A DNA stretch of 64,000 bases from the human T2T-CHM13v2.0 reference genome, Homo sapiens (GCF_009914755.1 NC_060931.1); one strand, 5' to 3'; positions 13,075-39,374 are shown, counted from the stretch's first letter. The notes: generated from the letters alone by a model not told the origin. Translations and numbers: made by a program.

Positions 13075-13427
13075 TTTCACATGCATCTGTGTGAAGAGAC
13101 CACCAAAGAGGCTTTGTGTGAGCAATAAAACTGTTTATGTCACCTGCGTACAGGTGGGCTGAGTCCAAAAAGAGAGTCAGTGAAGGGAGATAGGGGTGGG
13201 GCCATTTTACAGGATTTGGGTAGGTAAAGGAAAAAGGGGGGTTGTTCTCTGGCAGGCAGGAGTGGGGGTCACAAGGTGCTCAGTAGGGGGGCTTTTGAGC
13301 CAGGATGAGCAAGGAGAAGGAATTTCACAAGATAATGTCATCAGTTAAGGCAGGAACTGGCCACCTGGGTATGTACATGCAGGTCACAGTGGATATGATG
13401 GCTTAGCTTGGGCTCAGAGGCCTGACA
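13075..13427 (-). repeat. HERV-H 5' LTR (LTR7 family)
   Basis: Starts TGTCAGGCCTCTGAGCCCAAGCTAAGCCATC on the minus strand and ends ..GCATGTGAAA next to the PBS. Confidence 0.95.
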
Positions 13428-14005
<578 letters not shown>

Positions 14006-14194
14006 AATTCGTGCTGTTGGTTAGACTTTGCTGCCCTTGTGTCTGTTATTCCCTGGCAGTTCTACAAGGCCTGGAGCTGATACGAAAAACCTCCCTTCTT
14101 TCCCTAATGGTCCCCAGCTTCCCCGTTCACTGAAGGCCCTGCAGTCAGGAACAGTCAGGACTTTGCACCCAGTTGTTGTGGGTGTTTGGCCGAC

Positions 14195-14358
14195 CCTTCC
14201 TCTAGTGTGATTCATGGACCCACAGCATTGCATCACCAGGGAGCTTTTGGAATTGAAGACTCTCAGGGCTCACCCGGAAGGACCTGCTGGGCCAGAATCT
14301 GCATTTTAACAAGATGCCCACGTGATTTGCATACACGTTCAGATCTGAGAAGCGCTAG
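14195..14358. mobile_element. MER5A hAT MITE
   Basis: cagaatctgcattttaacaagatgcccacgtgatt..tgagaagcgct. Confidence 0.75.
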
Positions 14359-14489
14359 TAGGAGAGGCTTTAAGGTGGTAATTAGATCTTTTCTCCACCT
14401 GCAAGAATCTTAGTTTCTTCATGTTAAATCAATTAAGTGTGGCAATGTCATGGGTGTTATAAAACAAAACAAAATCCTTACATCAAGAA

Positions 14490-14706
14490 TGCACCCTGGC
14501 GTGTTATGGATGTGGGTGAAATGAAATGTCTGGAATTTGCTTTAAAATATCCTAAAATAGCAAGAAGGAAAAGAAAAGTGGGAACTGGAATGAGATTGGC
14601 GAAATGTTGACAAGTTCTTGCAGTGGGATGATGGGTGCATGGGGGTTCATCGTGCAATTCTCTCCCTGCTTTTTGTGCGTATGGGAAATTTCCATAATGA
14701 AAAGTT
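14490..14706 (+). mobile_element. Old L1 (L1MC/ME) 3' UTR fragment
   Basis: tgtctggaatttgctttaaaata..gggggttcat..aaatttccataatgaaaagtt. Confidence 0.6.
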
Positions 14707-14709
14707 AGA

Positions 14710-14995
14710 GGTCGGGCACGGTGGCTCATGCCTGTAATCTCAGCATTTTGGGAGGCTGAGGTGGGTAGATTGCTTGAACCTAGGAGTTCAAGACCATCCT
14801 GGACAACATGGTGAAACCCCATCTCTACTAAAAATGCAAAAATTAGGCATGGTGACAACATGCCTGTAGTCATGTTGAGGTAAGAGTTTGAGATATGAGA
14901 ATCACTTGAACCCAGGAGGCGGAGGTTGCAGTGAGTGGAGATCGCAGCATTTCACTCCAGCCTGGGTGACAGAGTGAGACTTGGTCTCAAAAAAA
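14710..14995 (+). mobile_element. Alu
   Basis: ggtcgggcacggtggctcatgcctgtaat.. to A tail. Confidence 0.95.
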
Positions 14996-15002
14996 TTTTC
15001 AA

Positions 15003-15298
<296 letters not shown>

Positions 15299-15312
15299 TT
15301 AATTTTGTTTAA

Positions 15313-15612
<300 letters not shown>

Positions 15613-16002
15613 TCAACTGTTTTTCATGACTCCACTTTTTCTCCCCTCTTGGAAATGAGTAGTCTTTGAGGGAATGTCATTTTGTCTCAATCTCTGGTTT
15701 CTTTGCTCAGTGCAGCTGTGTTTGGGGCTTTGTTGATCTCCAGGCCTTTTTCAGCAGCGTTGTCCCTGGAGAGCAGGATGGGAGCTGATGGCTTCTCAGC
15801 ATCTTTTAACCTCAGTTTAAAGATGACTATCAACAACATCTAGTCAGCATCTGTTGCTCTCGGCAGCTGGGACTTCATTTCCTTTCTCTTTCTCCACCTC
15901 TCTAACCTCTTTAAGACTCTGGCTTTGTCAGGGGTACAGCATCACCTGTGTGGCCCTTAGGCTCTCTTACTTACATGTGATCTGCGTATTATGTCTTTAC
16001 TT

Positions 16003-16224
16003 CAGGGCTTCTCAGCCAGGGGGTGATTTTGCCCCCCAGAGAACATGTGGCCATGTCTGGAGACAATTTTGGTGGTTGCGGCTGGAGGAGGTGGTGCTAC
16101 TGGCAGCTAATGGGTAGAGGCCAGGGATGCTACTAAACATCCTACAATGCCCCGGACAACTCCCACTAAGACAAAAGAATGATCCAGCCCCAAATGTCAA
16201 TAGTGCTGAAAGTGAGAGACCCTG
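16003..16224. mobile_element. MER20 DNA transposon
   Basis: Terminal inverted repeats cagggcttctc..gagaccctg; gtagaggccagggatgctactaaacatcctacaatgc. Confidence 0.9.
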
Positions 16225-16361
16225 ATTCCATCTTAGAGATCATCCAAGCACACTTGGCCAAATTGTTTTTGCTACTGTCCCATGAAGAAAAGGCAGACTC
16301 ATGACTGATGGCAACATCGATGGGAGTTTTGCTTACCTCTTCTTTGTGGACTTTGGGATAC

Positions 16362-16495
16362 GATGACTTACCGTTTGTGCAAGTTGTGCATTACATACCT
16401 CCAGGGGGCGCCACCCACATATTTATGAAAATGCCACCCCAGGAATTGCACAGTACATAGTCTACGTGGCAATAAGCAGTTGCTCTGGTTTTGGG
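16362..16495. mobile_element. MER91A-like palindromic hAT-Tip100 MITE
   Basis: gttgtgca..ctccagggggcgcca..tgccaccccaggaattgcaca inverted arms. Confidence 0.65.
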
Positions 16496-17751
16496 GTTGC
16501 CCTGGGGTGCTCTGGAACTGGGAGGAATTTTATCTCTGGCCATTAGAGGCCCTGAGCGTGACATTGAGTATCCTTTCAAGAAAGGAGAAATGTTGAACAG
16601 AGAGGACCTCATTTTTATAACTCTTGACCATCATCTAGTTACGGAGCGTCCACTTTTCTCCCCTGGGCCATATCCATTTGACGGATGAAAAATCATCAAA
16701 TTATAATATCATGGCTTATACTTTTGATAGATTCTGCCCGGAACATGGCGGTAAGAGCTTCTCATTTTCAATTGATTCATTGGGGGAGAGAATATACACA
16801 GCTGTCCTAAGACTTTCAATGACACACCATTTGCTTGATGGGATTTCTTTAGTTTCTGTAGCATAACTTATTCTAACTGGTCCTCAATCACTTTGCAATA
16901 AAACCTGAGATTGTGAAGATGTTCATTGTCATTACCAGTGATGGAGCAGTAAGTACAGAGTTCTGGAGAGAGAAGGAATTGAGAGAGTTAAACTAGCAGA
17001 ATGAGCCGCTCACCCTCAGAATTGCTTTTAATCTTGGTGAGAACTGAGGGGAATTTTGACAGGGTTCAGGGAGACTGCGGGGAGTGGGGCTGGGAGGTGG
17101 CTGTTTGCACGTGTGGTCAGCAAATCCAGTGAGGGGTTCATGTACTGTGGGCAGCCCCGCAGATGGAGTTGGGATTGCCCTGGACTGAGTACTGTGTCAT
17201 CAGTACTCAAGACATCGAGGCCCAGGCTGGTGCAGGAGATACATTGCACTGTGTCAGCCTTTCTTCTATCGCTGCTCTCCAATGACAGTCCCCGATTTTC
17301 CACTGAGGAGTCACTAGTCCCCCATGGCATGTGTGCCACTGGCTATTCCCCACCCTGATCTGGAGCTGGGGCATGTGGTCCCAGCCTGGATGCCAGTGTC
17401 CTTCCACCACCCTGGCCACAGTGATTGGGTCTGAGAAGCAGATTAGCCAAAGGAGAGACAATCTTGGAAATTTCATGTTCATGCTTAAGAAAGTAAAATG
17501 GAAAGCGGGGGGAGGGTGAGGGGTCATTCTGATGATATAGTTTTAGGACCTGGATGTAGCCACACCTGTAGCTGTCAACTCTGTGCTATAGTACTGCTTT
17601 TTTTTTTTTCCTTCCAATTTAAATACTTTCTAAAGGCAAGATCTTGCTATGTTGCTTAGGCTGGTTTTGAAAATTCCCTTTCGTGGGGATGCTTTCTCTG
17701 CTTCACTTCCTTTCTATGACAGCTCAGGGAATCAGAAGACAAGGGAGATGC

Positions 17752-18047
17752 CTTTTTTTTTTTTTTTTTTTTTTTGAGACAGGGCTTGCTCTATTGCCCA
17801 GGCTGGAGTGCAGGGTTGCAATCACAGCTCGCCACAGCCTTGATCTTCTGGACTCAAGCGACCCTCCTGCTTCAGCCTCCTGAGTAGCTGGGACTGTAGG
17901 TGGCTACCACCAAGCCCAGCTAATTAATTTTTTTTTTTTAGAAATGAGGTCTCACTATGTCACCCAGACTGGCCTCAAACTCCTGGGCTCAAGTGATCGT
18001 CCTACCTTAGCTTCCCAAACTTACAGGTGTGAGCCCCCACACCAGTC
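17752..18047 (-). mobile_element. AluJ-like
   Basis: Poly-T then gagacagggcttgctctattgcccaggctgg. Confidence 0.9.
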
Positions 18048-18162
18048 AACGCTGTGGTCTTATGCACCTGGTGTCCCCTACGCCCTGAGCAATGATCCTC
18101 CTGCTTCAACCTCCCAAAGTGCTGGGATAACAGATGTGAAGCAGCATGTGTGGTCCACATAG

Positions 18163-19249
<1,087 letters not shown>

Positions 19250-19532
19250 GAATATAAGTACGTTTAAATTAACTCTCCTCTTCTCTCCATCTTCTTCTAA
19301 ATCATCATTTTTGCCTAAGCAACAGCTAGGGTCTAATACAGATGTGACGACTCACTTGAAAGTGGGGGAAGCCCCCATGTGCACCCAAAGCTCCTGCTGC
19401 CTTGGCCCTGGGTTCAGAGACTGGACCATCATTTTGGAGGCTTGCTGGAGATCTGAGCCAGGGCATCATTCTCTGTTGCCTTTAAACAAAGGCTGGTGCT
19501 CTCCCAGGCATGTGAGCTCCACCGAGGATCTA

Positions 19533-20838
<1,306 letters not shown>

Positions 20839-21134
20839 TAGGTGGGAAGAGGAAAAGTGTCTTGAAGGAAGTAAGTCCCTTCAGATAAGGGAGGGAGAAG
20901 CTTGATCAATATGCAGACTTTCACAGTCCTTCAGTCCTTGGGATATTGGAGGAGAGACAGGTCTTGCCTTATATTTGAGAGTTACCATCCCAGGCAGAGG
21001 CCCTACTTCCACCTTCTTGCATGTGGGGCTGGGGGGCAAATACTTAGAGGAGAAACGAACACCCTTTGTAAGTATGTGAAAAGTTTCTGGAGTGGAGAGA
21101 TGATGAAGCAGGATATTTGGAGTCAACAGCAAAA

Positions 21135-29172
<8,038 letters not shown>

Positions 29173-29289
29173 GCTATTATGATTCTTACACAGAGTCCTT
29201 TGCTTTTCAGCAGCCTCCTTTTCCTCCTTTTTAGGTTGGAATCCCTCTGTTTTAGTGGCCACTGGGATTCTGAAATGACCAGGTCTTTG

Positions 29290-29790
29290 TCTCAGAGACC
29301 TGACACATGCTCTTCCCTCTGCCTGGAACACATTTCCTTGTTCTGGTCCCCTGAGAACTCTTTCAGCTCAACTGCCCCATGCTCAGAGACCCCCTTTCTC
29401 CCTCTCTAGTTTGAAGCCAGTTTACTCCTGTAGTCTGCGCCTGGAAAACTCGTTTTCCTCCTTGATGCCTCCCGAGTTGTCACGGGATGTATGTGTCTGT
29501 TTGGGTGTCTGGTGTCTGTCTCCCCGACTGGACTGCATGCTCCTGGTGAGCTGGAGGGACTGGACTAACACAGGCCAAGACTCTGGGGCTGGAGGGAGCA
29601 GGGCAGAAGGCACAGGCAAAAGGCCTTTGTGATCCGGAAGGAAGTGAAGGAGAGGGAGAGAGATGAGAGAGGCTGGCAGAAGATGGGCCAGGCGCCAGGC
29701 TGTGTGGGATCTTTTGAGCCACAGAAAGACATTTGAATTCTCATGTAAGAGAACCAGAACACCATTGGAGGGTATGAGTCACCTCATCTA
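29290..29790. mobile_element. Degraded L2 fragments
   Basis: tgctcttccctctgcctggaac and tgtctccccgactggactgcatgctcc (+); gagatgagagaggctggcag..ccattggaggg (-). Confidence 0.55.
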
Positions 29791-29859
29791 ACTGAGCTCT
29801 GTAAATGTCAATGTTTTATTATTTTTATACAATTATTTAAAAGTGACTTTAGTTATTTA

Positions 29860-30185
<326 letters not shown>

Positions 30186-30198
30186 TAAAAAAGATCAG

Positions 30199-30469
30199 GC
30201 CAGGCATGGTAGCTCATGTCTCCAATCTCAGCACTTTGGGAAGCTGAGGTGGGATGTTCACTTGAGGCCAGGAATTCAAAACCAGCCTAGGCAACATAGT
30301 GAGACACCCCCTGCCCCAATTCCTAAGAAAATGAGAAAATTAGACACGGTGGCTTGTCTGTATCCCCAGCTACTGGGGAGCCTGAGCTAGGGAGGACTGC
30401 TTGACACCAGGAGTTTGAGGCTCCACTGAGCTGTGATTATGCCACAGTCTGGGCAACAGAGTGAGACCC
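30199..30469 (+). mobile_element. AluJ-like, no tail
   Basis: ggccaggcatggtagctcatg..gagtgagaccc followed by unique sequence. Confidence 0.88.
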
Positions 30470-30582
30470 CGGAGCCTCCTCAGCCTCCCTAGAGCTGACC
30501 GAGCTTTTGCTTCTTATCACAGGGAATGACGGACGCTGGGGCTTTGATGGGCATCGGGTGAAATGGGCAGAGTGGCGCTTAC

Positions 30583-30828
30583 CTGTGATGGCAGTGAAGT
30601 GGGACGGGGAGGTCATTGTGACAAGGGGTGGCATGAGGTACTTGGCCTTGACGCCCTCCTCGGCCAGATGGTCCAGGTTGGGGGTGTCCACATCCTCATC
30701 CTAGTTCCAGCGGAAGCCCTGGAAGGTGATCAGCAGCAGCTGTGAGTGCTCTTCTTCCCTGGGACGGGGTGGCCACCCAGTAGGACAGGCGGCGGCAGCA
30801 GCAGCTGGAGGGCACCGAGCCATGTCAT
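30583..30828 (-). pseudogene. ENPP7P: Exon 1 of an unprocessed ENPP7 (alkaline sphingomyelinase)-like pseudogene
   Basis: MTWLGALQLLLPPPVLLG signal-like start, frameshift, then LLLITFQGFRWN*DEDVDTPNLDHLAEEGVKAKYLMPPLVTMTSPSHFTAITG; donor ACAG|GTAAGC at 30583/30582; TAG at 30701-30703. Confidence 0.88.
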
Positions 30829-30959
30829 CCTACAAGCACCTGTCATGCACTCCTCACAGAGTTCATGGGCTTCGCCCTCTTTAGTCCGTTGTTGAACAAA
30901 GTCCACATTAATAATTCAGCCCAGCTCTGTTGTGGGACAGACAACCTGGAGTGAAGCAA

Positions 30960-31113
30960 GGTGCTGCATATTTGCAGGACAGGATGAAAGCGTTCTGGGG
31001 TTGGATGGGGGACATGGTTGTACAATGTGGTGGACGCACTTAACACCACTGAATTTTTCCTTTGAAAATGGCTAAAATAATAGATTTTGTATGTACTTTA
31101 CCACAATAAAAAA
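30960..31113 (+). mobile_element. L1MB/MC 3' end
   Basis: ggttgtacaatgtgg..ccactgaatt..tttaccacaataaaaa. Confidence 0.7.
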
Positions 31114-31116
31114 TCA

Positions 31117-31420
<304 letters not shown>

Positions 31421-31422
31421 CT

Positions 31423-31489
31423 ACATGAAATATTTTGGACTCTTATACTAATTCGCCACATGAAATATTTTGGACTCTTATACTAATTC
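31423..31489. repeat. 35-bp-period tandem duplication
   Basis: acatgaaatattttggactcttatactaattc at 31423 and 31458. Confidence 0.9.
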
Positions 31490-31607
31490 CAACATTTTGA
31501 AGATCTGGGGAGAACAAACTAGATTGGTGCTTTCCTTGGCTTAGTATGTCCTGTTTTTATAGGGAGAGCAAATTTTTTTCACCAGCACTATTAAAATAGC
31601 TACAACA

Positions 31608-31919
31608 GGATGGGCATGGTGGCTCACACCTGTAATCCCAGCACTTTGGGAAGCTGAGGTGGGAGAATCGCTTGTGCCCGGGAGTTCAAGATGCCAGCCT
31701 GGGCAACATGGTGAGACCCTGCCACTACCAAAAAATACAAAAACAACAACAAAAACAGCTAGGTGTGGTTGTCTGCACCTGTAGTCCCAGCTACTTTAGA
31801 GGCTGAGGTGGGAGGATCACTTTTGTCCAGGAGGTTGAGGCTGCAATAAGCCATGATTATGCCACTGTACTCAGCCTGGGTGTCAGAGTGAGACCCTGTC
31901 TGGGGAAAAAAAAAAAAAA
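31608..31919 (+). mobile_element. AluJ-like
   Basis: Full Alu with A tail. Confidence 0.92.
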
Positions 31920-32089
31920 GCTGCAGTGGACTCAGTGACCATGAGGCCAGGCACTGTATACATATACGTCATCTCATTTAATTTTTTCTCTTGTTTAAAA
32001 TTATTTTTTCCTCTAATCCCCATGTTGATCGACATTTTTTTAATCCTAGGAATATATTAGTTGAAAATTTCACATAAGAATTAAAAATT

Positions 32090-32385
32090 GCCTGGCCTGA
32101 TGGCTTACACCTGTTATCCCAGCACTTTGGGAGGCTGAGATGAGAGAATCACTTGAATCCAGGAGTTTGGGCCAGTCTGGGCAATATAGTGAGAATGCAA
32201 CTCTATAAAAAAAATTTAAAAAGCTGGGTGTGGTAGGATTCACCTGTAGTCCCAGAAACTTGGAAGACTAGGTGGGAGGATTGCTTGAGCCCAGGCGGTA
32301 AAGACAGCAGTGAGCTATGATTGTGCCATTGCACTGCAGCCTAGGTGACGGAGTGAGACTCTATCTCTAAAATAAATGAATAAAA
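32090..32385 (+). mobile_element. AluJ-like
   Basis: Diverged full Alu. Confidence 0.88.
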
Positions 32386-32740
32386 TTGTGGTATAACATA
32401 TGCAACTTTTACCATTTTGTGCATCTGAAAGTGTACAATTCAGTGACATTTTGTACATTTATCATGTTGTGCAATTATCACCACTACCTAGTTTCAGGGC
32501 TTTTTCAACACCTCAATTGGAAGCCTCATATCCATTCAGCAGTCACTCTCCATGCCCTCTCCTCTGCAGCCCTCGGAAACCTCTCATCTACTTTCTACCT
32601 CTGTCGATTGGCTTAGTCTGAACATTGCATATAAATGGAATTGTACAATATATGACCTTTCATGTCTGCTTCTTTCACTCAGCATGTTTTTAACGTTCAT
32701 CCATATCACAGCATGGATAAGTTTTATTTTCTTTTTAGAC
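32386..32740 (-). mobile_element. L1MB 3' UTR fragment
   Basis: aagtgtacaattcagtgacattttgtacatttatcatgttgtgcaattatcaccact. Confidence 0.75.
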
Positions 32741-33261
32741 GCTATCTAAAAAGAAAAAAAAATTATAAAAAACAAAAATAAAAAATTATATAGGATGGAG
32801 ATCAGATGAGTCCTGCAAAGTTTATAATATTTACTATCTAGCAGTTTACATAGAAGCTTGCCTACCTCTGAATGATATGCAGGTACAGAGATGACATTTA
32901 TCTTGGCACTTATAGAAAGACCTATAAATTGTATAAAGACATCATCATTGGATTTCCAGTAACAAGAAGCGGCAAGACATGACAGTGTGTCCAGGTGTTC
33001 AGGTGAAGTTTAGGGAAGGTCTTGTCTTGACGAGGTCGGATGTGAGACCCAGATGAGATAACCCCATTTCCCCTGCTGAAATTGCCTGAGAATTTCATTC
33101 CAGTTATTTGCGTAGGTTGATTCTTTCGGTGGGGGTGGGGTGGGTGAGGAGGTGAAGTGTCAGGGGAGTTCTATTGTGTATTTGCACAACTTGGCTTTCT
33201 TTTCACTTGGTGTGGGGTTTTGCTGTCTGAGGAATTTCATAGAATTTTGTGATGAGTATGC

Positions 33262-33430
33262 AGCATAGTGGTTTGAATCCTGCCAGGCCGAGGGTCATAT
33301 CTCAGCTCTGCAACTCATTATCTATGACGCCTTGGGGCAGGTCCCATAACTCCCCAAGCCTCTGTTATATATTCCATGGGGTTGTGAGGTTCAGATGAAA
33401 TAATGCATGCTGGCGGGAATGGTTACTGCT
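33262..33430 (+). mobile_element. MIR fragment
   Basis: ctcagctctgcaactc..ccttggggcagg..gttgtgaggttcagatgaaataatgcatg. Confidence 0.6.
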
Positions 33431-33449
33431 CATGGGATTTCCATGTGCT

Positions 33450-33790
33450 CCCCGTATTCACCAGACCCCCAGTAGTTAGATGGATCCATGCCAGGGTCCA
33501 GTGCTCTATAAGTGGAAGTCACTGACTTCACCTCTAGTCTACAGCTTTTGAGGGCTTGGGGATAACTATCTCATTCTCTCATCTCATGGTGCAGTAACTA
33601 TGGGAGAATCCTTGCATTAAGATGGTAGAATTTCCATCATTCTAGGTCTTCGAGTGGCCATATGGAGCACACCGTACCCAGCCAACCCATTGTGGACATG
33701 GAATGTAAGAAATCAACCTTGGTTGCTAAGCTGCTGAGTCTCTGTGGTTAATTTGTTACTGCAGCATAACCTAGTCCATCCTGATGCATG
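33450..33790 (+). mobile_element. Old MLT1 LTR fragment
   Basis: taagctgctgagtctctgtggttaatttgttactgcagcataacctagtccatcctga. Confidence 0.6.
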
Positions 33791-34547
33791 CAGCATGCAA
33801 ACCACTTATGTTGACCCTTAGTCATGGTAAGTGCTCCACAGATGTTGGTTACTTTTGGTAGGAAGATAGATTGCCTCTGAAAGTTTTGTTAGCTGATCTC
33901 ATGATGCCAATGTTGCTATTTTGTAATTGGATAAATTGGACTTGTCTCTCCTTCCAGCAGGTGGGAGAGAAAGATGACTGAGAGACAATAAAGCACTATT
34001 ATCTTCAGTTTGTGTCCTTGGATACCCTTGGTGGCAATGAACAATGTATGCTCCTCTGAGAAAACTGGACTTAAATGAGAATGGGAGGTGATACCAGAAT
34101 TGGGAACGTCCAAGGCCCCAGGCATTCCCTGGTCTGGAGACAACTTTGAGTCCTTGGTGGGAAGATTCTCCAAGGGAACATAAATGCTTTTACTATCTAG
34201 TTTGTCTCTTTGAGAATTAAAACATTTTTTTTTCATTCCAGTAGCTTCTGGGATACAGTTTGTCTCTTTGAGAATTGCATACTAATTAATTTTAGGGGTC
34301 ATCTGTACACATCTCTATATTCCTGAAACATGGTAGAAACAGCCAGCAGTCAGACAACAATCTACCATGACCACTAAAACATCCCCAAAGTGAAACACCA
34401 GATGTGACCCACTAGGTTTAGTGGGGATGGCTGGCTCGAGAGTTGATTATATTTATTATTGTCACTGTGGTGATTATGGCCACAACATTGTGATGCGTGT
34501 TGGTCTTCTTTTGGTGAGTTGCAGTTTGGAAGGAATAAATCCATTAT

Positions 34548-34887
<340 letters not shown>

Positions 34888-35512
34888 TGACCGCACCATC
34901 CTGACCCAGATTCTACTGAAAAATACGTGAGTCTAGCAGAGCCATCTCTGACACTTCCCTTCTTTTGAACGGCTGATCTGTCAGTCATGGGGAGCTCTTA
35001 TGAAAGTGTAGTGTGTTTTGTGAAACTTGAGGTTGGTCAAAGAATACCATTAAACTTTGTTAAGAAATCTACATATTGATGACATAGGCAGTGGGGTGGA
35101 GGTGGGAAAATTCCCAAATACATTTTAGGAATTATCTCAGAAGGAGGTAATAGTCAGAACTCTTGGTTGCCAGTGACAGAAACTCATCTTACTAGTGTGG
35201 AGTACAAAAGGGGTCATGTTTTTGTCTGCACTCCCCAACCCCAAGCAGATCCTGAAAGAGGGACAGGATTGCAAGTGGATTATTTAGGAGATGATTCCAG
35301 GGAACACCAATAGGGGAGTGAGGAACTGATTCATGGAAAGGCAGGAGGCCACACAGGGGCCTTCAATGAGCAGCTTACCACTCCAGGCAACTAGGATTTG
35401 ACCCCACTGGGGACCTCTGGGAGGTGATGTGGAATGCATTTCAAAGTTGTTCCATCCAGGGGGCAAAGATATTGAAGCATTTATAGCCTAGCTCCCATCC
35501 GTCACTGGCTGA

Positions 35513-35842
<330 letters not shown>

Positions 35843-36426
35843 TTCTGTGGCTTTTCTGACATAATCCATGCCTGACTTTGAGAAAGCCCTCAGGTGAAAG
35901 TCTTGGTTGTATGTAGTAGCAAGCATGTACTAGAATGATAAAAACCAAGGGGTTTACCATAAGATCTCTCTCTCTATCTCTGTCTCTAGCTTTGTCTGCA
36001 TACTGGCTTAATTTCTTCTTACTCAAGCTTTTTCTCCATAAGGTGAGAAACGTGGCCACAAAAGCTCCTATATTTCTCACTACACACAGTTCCTGTCATC
36101 ACGGAGAATGATTAAATTGGTCTAGTTACAGTTTGGAAAAATATTCAAGGGAAGAATTCTGATTGGCCAATTTAGGCCAGATTCTCATCCCTGGACCAAT
36201 CAACTGAGGCCAGAGGGGTGGAGTCATGTAAGAATATGGCAGCCCCTATGAGAGCCACGTGACTGGAGTAGGAAGTGTGAGTCTCTATAGAGGGGAGGGC
36301 TGCTAGGCTGAAAAGGCAATAGATGTCTGCAGTGAAAGGAATAGATCAGGAGATACATTCTGTTAAACCTGTTAATTATTTTTGAAAAAAGAGAAACTTT
36401 CAATATACAGTTATAGTATAAGTAAG

Positions 36427-36677
36427 CGGGTGGCTCACGCCTATAATCCCAGCACTTTGGGAGGCTGAGGTGGGCAGATCAGAGGTCAGGAGTTCGAGAC
36501 CAACATGACCAACATGGTGAAACCCCGTCTTGTGTGCCTGTAATCCCAGCTACTCAGGAAGCTGAGGCAGGAGAATCACTTGAACCCAGAAGGCGGAGGT
36601 TGCAGTGAGCTGAGATCATGCCACTGCCCTCCAGCCTGGGCAACAGAGTGAGACTCGGTCTCAAAAAAAAAAAAAAA
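36427..36677 (+). mobile_element. AluS with middle deletion
   Basis: aaccccgtct joined to tgtgtgcctgtaatcc. Confidence 0.88.
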
Positions 36678-36960
36678 GTTACATTGTGGTTCCCACAGCA
36701 TGATTTATCAGAAAGGAAAAACTTAAAATATGCGTATTTTCTATGCACAGGCTACTGCTATGAATTCAAATTCTTAAATTCCAAAGATTAACTAAAATGT
36801 TTCTCAAGACACATAAACTGTTAGAATCTGCTTATAATGAGGCTGAAGTTGAGTAAGAAGAGAACTGGCATTTGGGACCCTACTTTTCTTCTGTCGAGTA
36901 CTGTCAAGTTTTGGTTCTGCCTGGAAGTAGATGCACCTCAAGGGAGGGTTACATGTAAAG

Positions 36961-36961
<1 letters not shown>

Positions 36962-36998
<37 letters not shown>
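36962..36998. repeat. (TG)~18 microsatellite
   Basis: Pure dinucleotide run. Confidence 0.97.
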
Positions 36999-37001
<3 letters not shown>

Positions 37002-37170
37002 GTAGTTTCCAAAGATGGGTACAACTTTCTGCAAATGCTCGTGCAGTGTAATCGAACCAATCTTTCCTTTAAGAGGTAGAGTTTATATTTCTCTACATAA
37101 ATCTGGGCTGCCTATGACTTGCTTTGGCCAGTGGAATGCTGCCAAAGTGATGGTGACCAACTTCTAGCCG

Positions 37171-37991
<821 letters not shown>

Positions 37992-38966
37992 TAGTCTTAG
38001 GCCTTGAGAGCCCTCTCCTAGTTTCTATATTTTTGCCCTCTTGGATGCTGGCACCAAGCAAACCTTGGCTATCCTGCTTAAAGGGCCATTTGGAGAGGGG
38101 TTCTGCAGGGCGAGGGGCCACATGGAGGAAAACAAGTTTCCCCAGCTGACAGCCAGCACCAACTGCCAGGCACATGCATGAGGTCGTCCTGGATGTTCCA
38201 CCCAGCTGGCCCTCCAGCTGCAGGTAGCCACACAAATGAGCCCCGGTTAAAACAGCCAGGAAGTCCCCATGCAACTCACAGGGTCATGAGCAATAATGAC
38301 TTGAGGTGGTTTAAAGTTTCTAATTTTAGGTGCAATAGGTAACTGAAACAGCCCACAAGGGTTTGAGCCTGTGGAGGGTGCATTTCCCACCTGCTGAAGC
38401 TTCTCAATTCCCAGGATTCAATGCGGATAAGACTCTTGTTCTCAGTGTCCTTGATGGAAATGGCAATGAACTTTTTGCAGATTGGACCATCTCAGGGGAA
38501 TCCCAAAGATCGGAAACTATTTTCTTTCTCAGAATCTTCCACACAACATTGAGCCTTAGGAATTTCTAAGAAGGATCTGGAATGAAAAAAAATCTTTTGA
38601 AAAGGTATTTGTATAGCTTCACTTCAGCAAGATTCATGGTGGGTGTTAGACTAAGTGCTGGTGTTAAGCCAAACCATGTTTTTCAAAGACTCATCTGGCC
38701 TCAAGGTTGGCAGGATCAGAGTGGCCTCCCAGGATCTACCACATCCTCAAAAGAGTTGGTTCAACTGGCATGTACCCAGATCTCTTTGAGCTAGTATGAT
38801 ACTCCCTTGAGTCAAAGGCTGCCACATCACATCTCCTTTAAGTCTCCCTAAGTACGACCCCAGAAGTATTGACAAAATAGTGCTATTCCTGAAGATTTCA
38901 GGAGGACATAAATGAAGAGATTAAACTGCAAGGTACCAAAACTTCCATCTTTGCTAAAGACCCTCA

Positions 38967-39374
<408 letters not shown>

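Noticed and set aside
17020-17530. Cluster of ORFs as possible ENPP7-like exon 2
   Set aside because: No ENPP similarity in the listed translations; ccaatcactgtggccaggg on the minus strand suggests old MLT1 sequence
17525-17620. TGATGA as a possible C/D snoRNA box
   Set aside because: No properly spaced D box or terminal stem
30437-30691. 84-aa ORF as an intact small protein
   Set aside because: Internal piece of the pseudo-exon with a GTG start, reading through the splice donor into intron and Alu
34199-34276. 20-bp direct repeat agtttgtctctttgagaatt
   Set aside because: Only two copies; a small local duplication with no further structure
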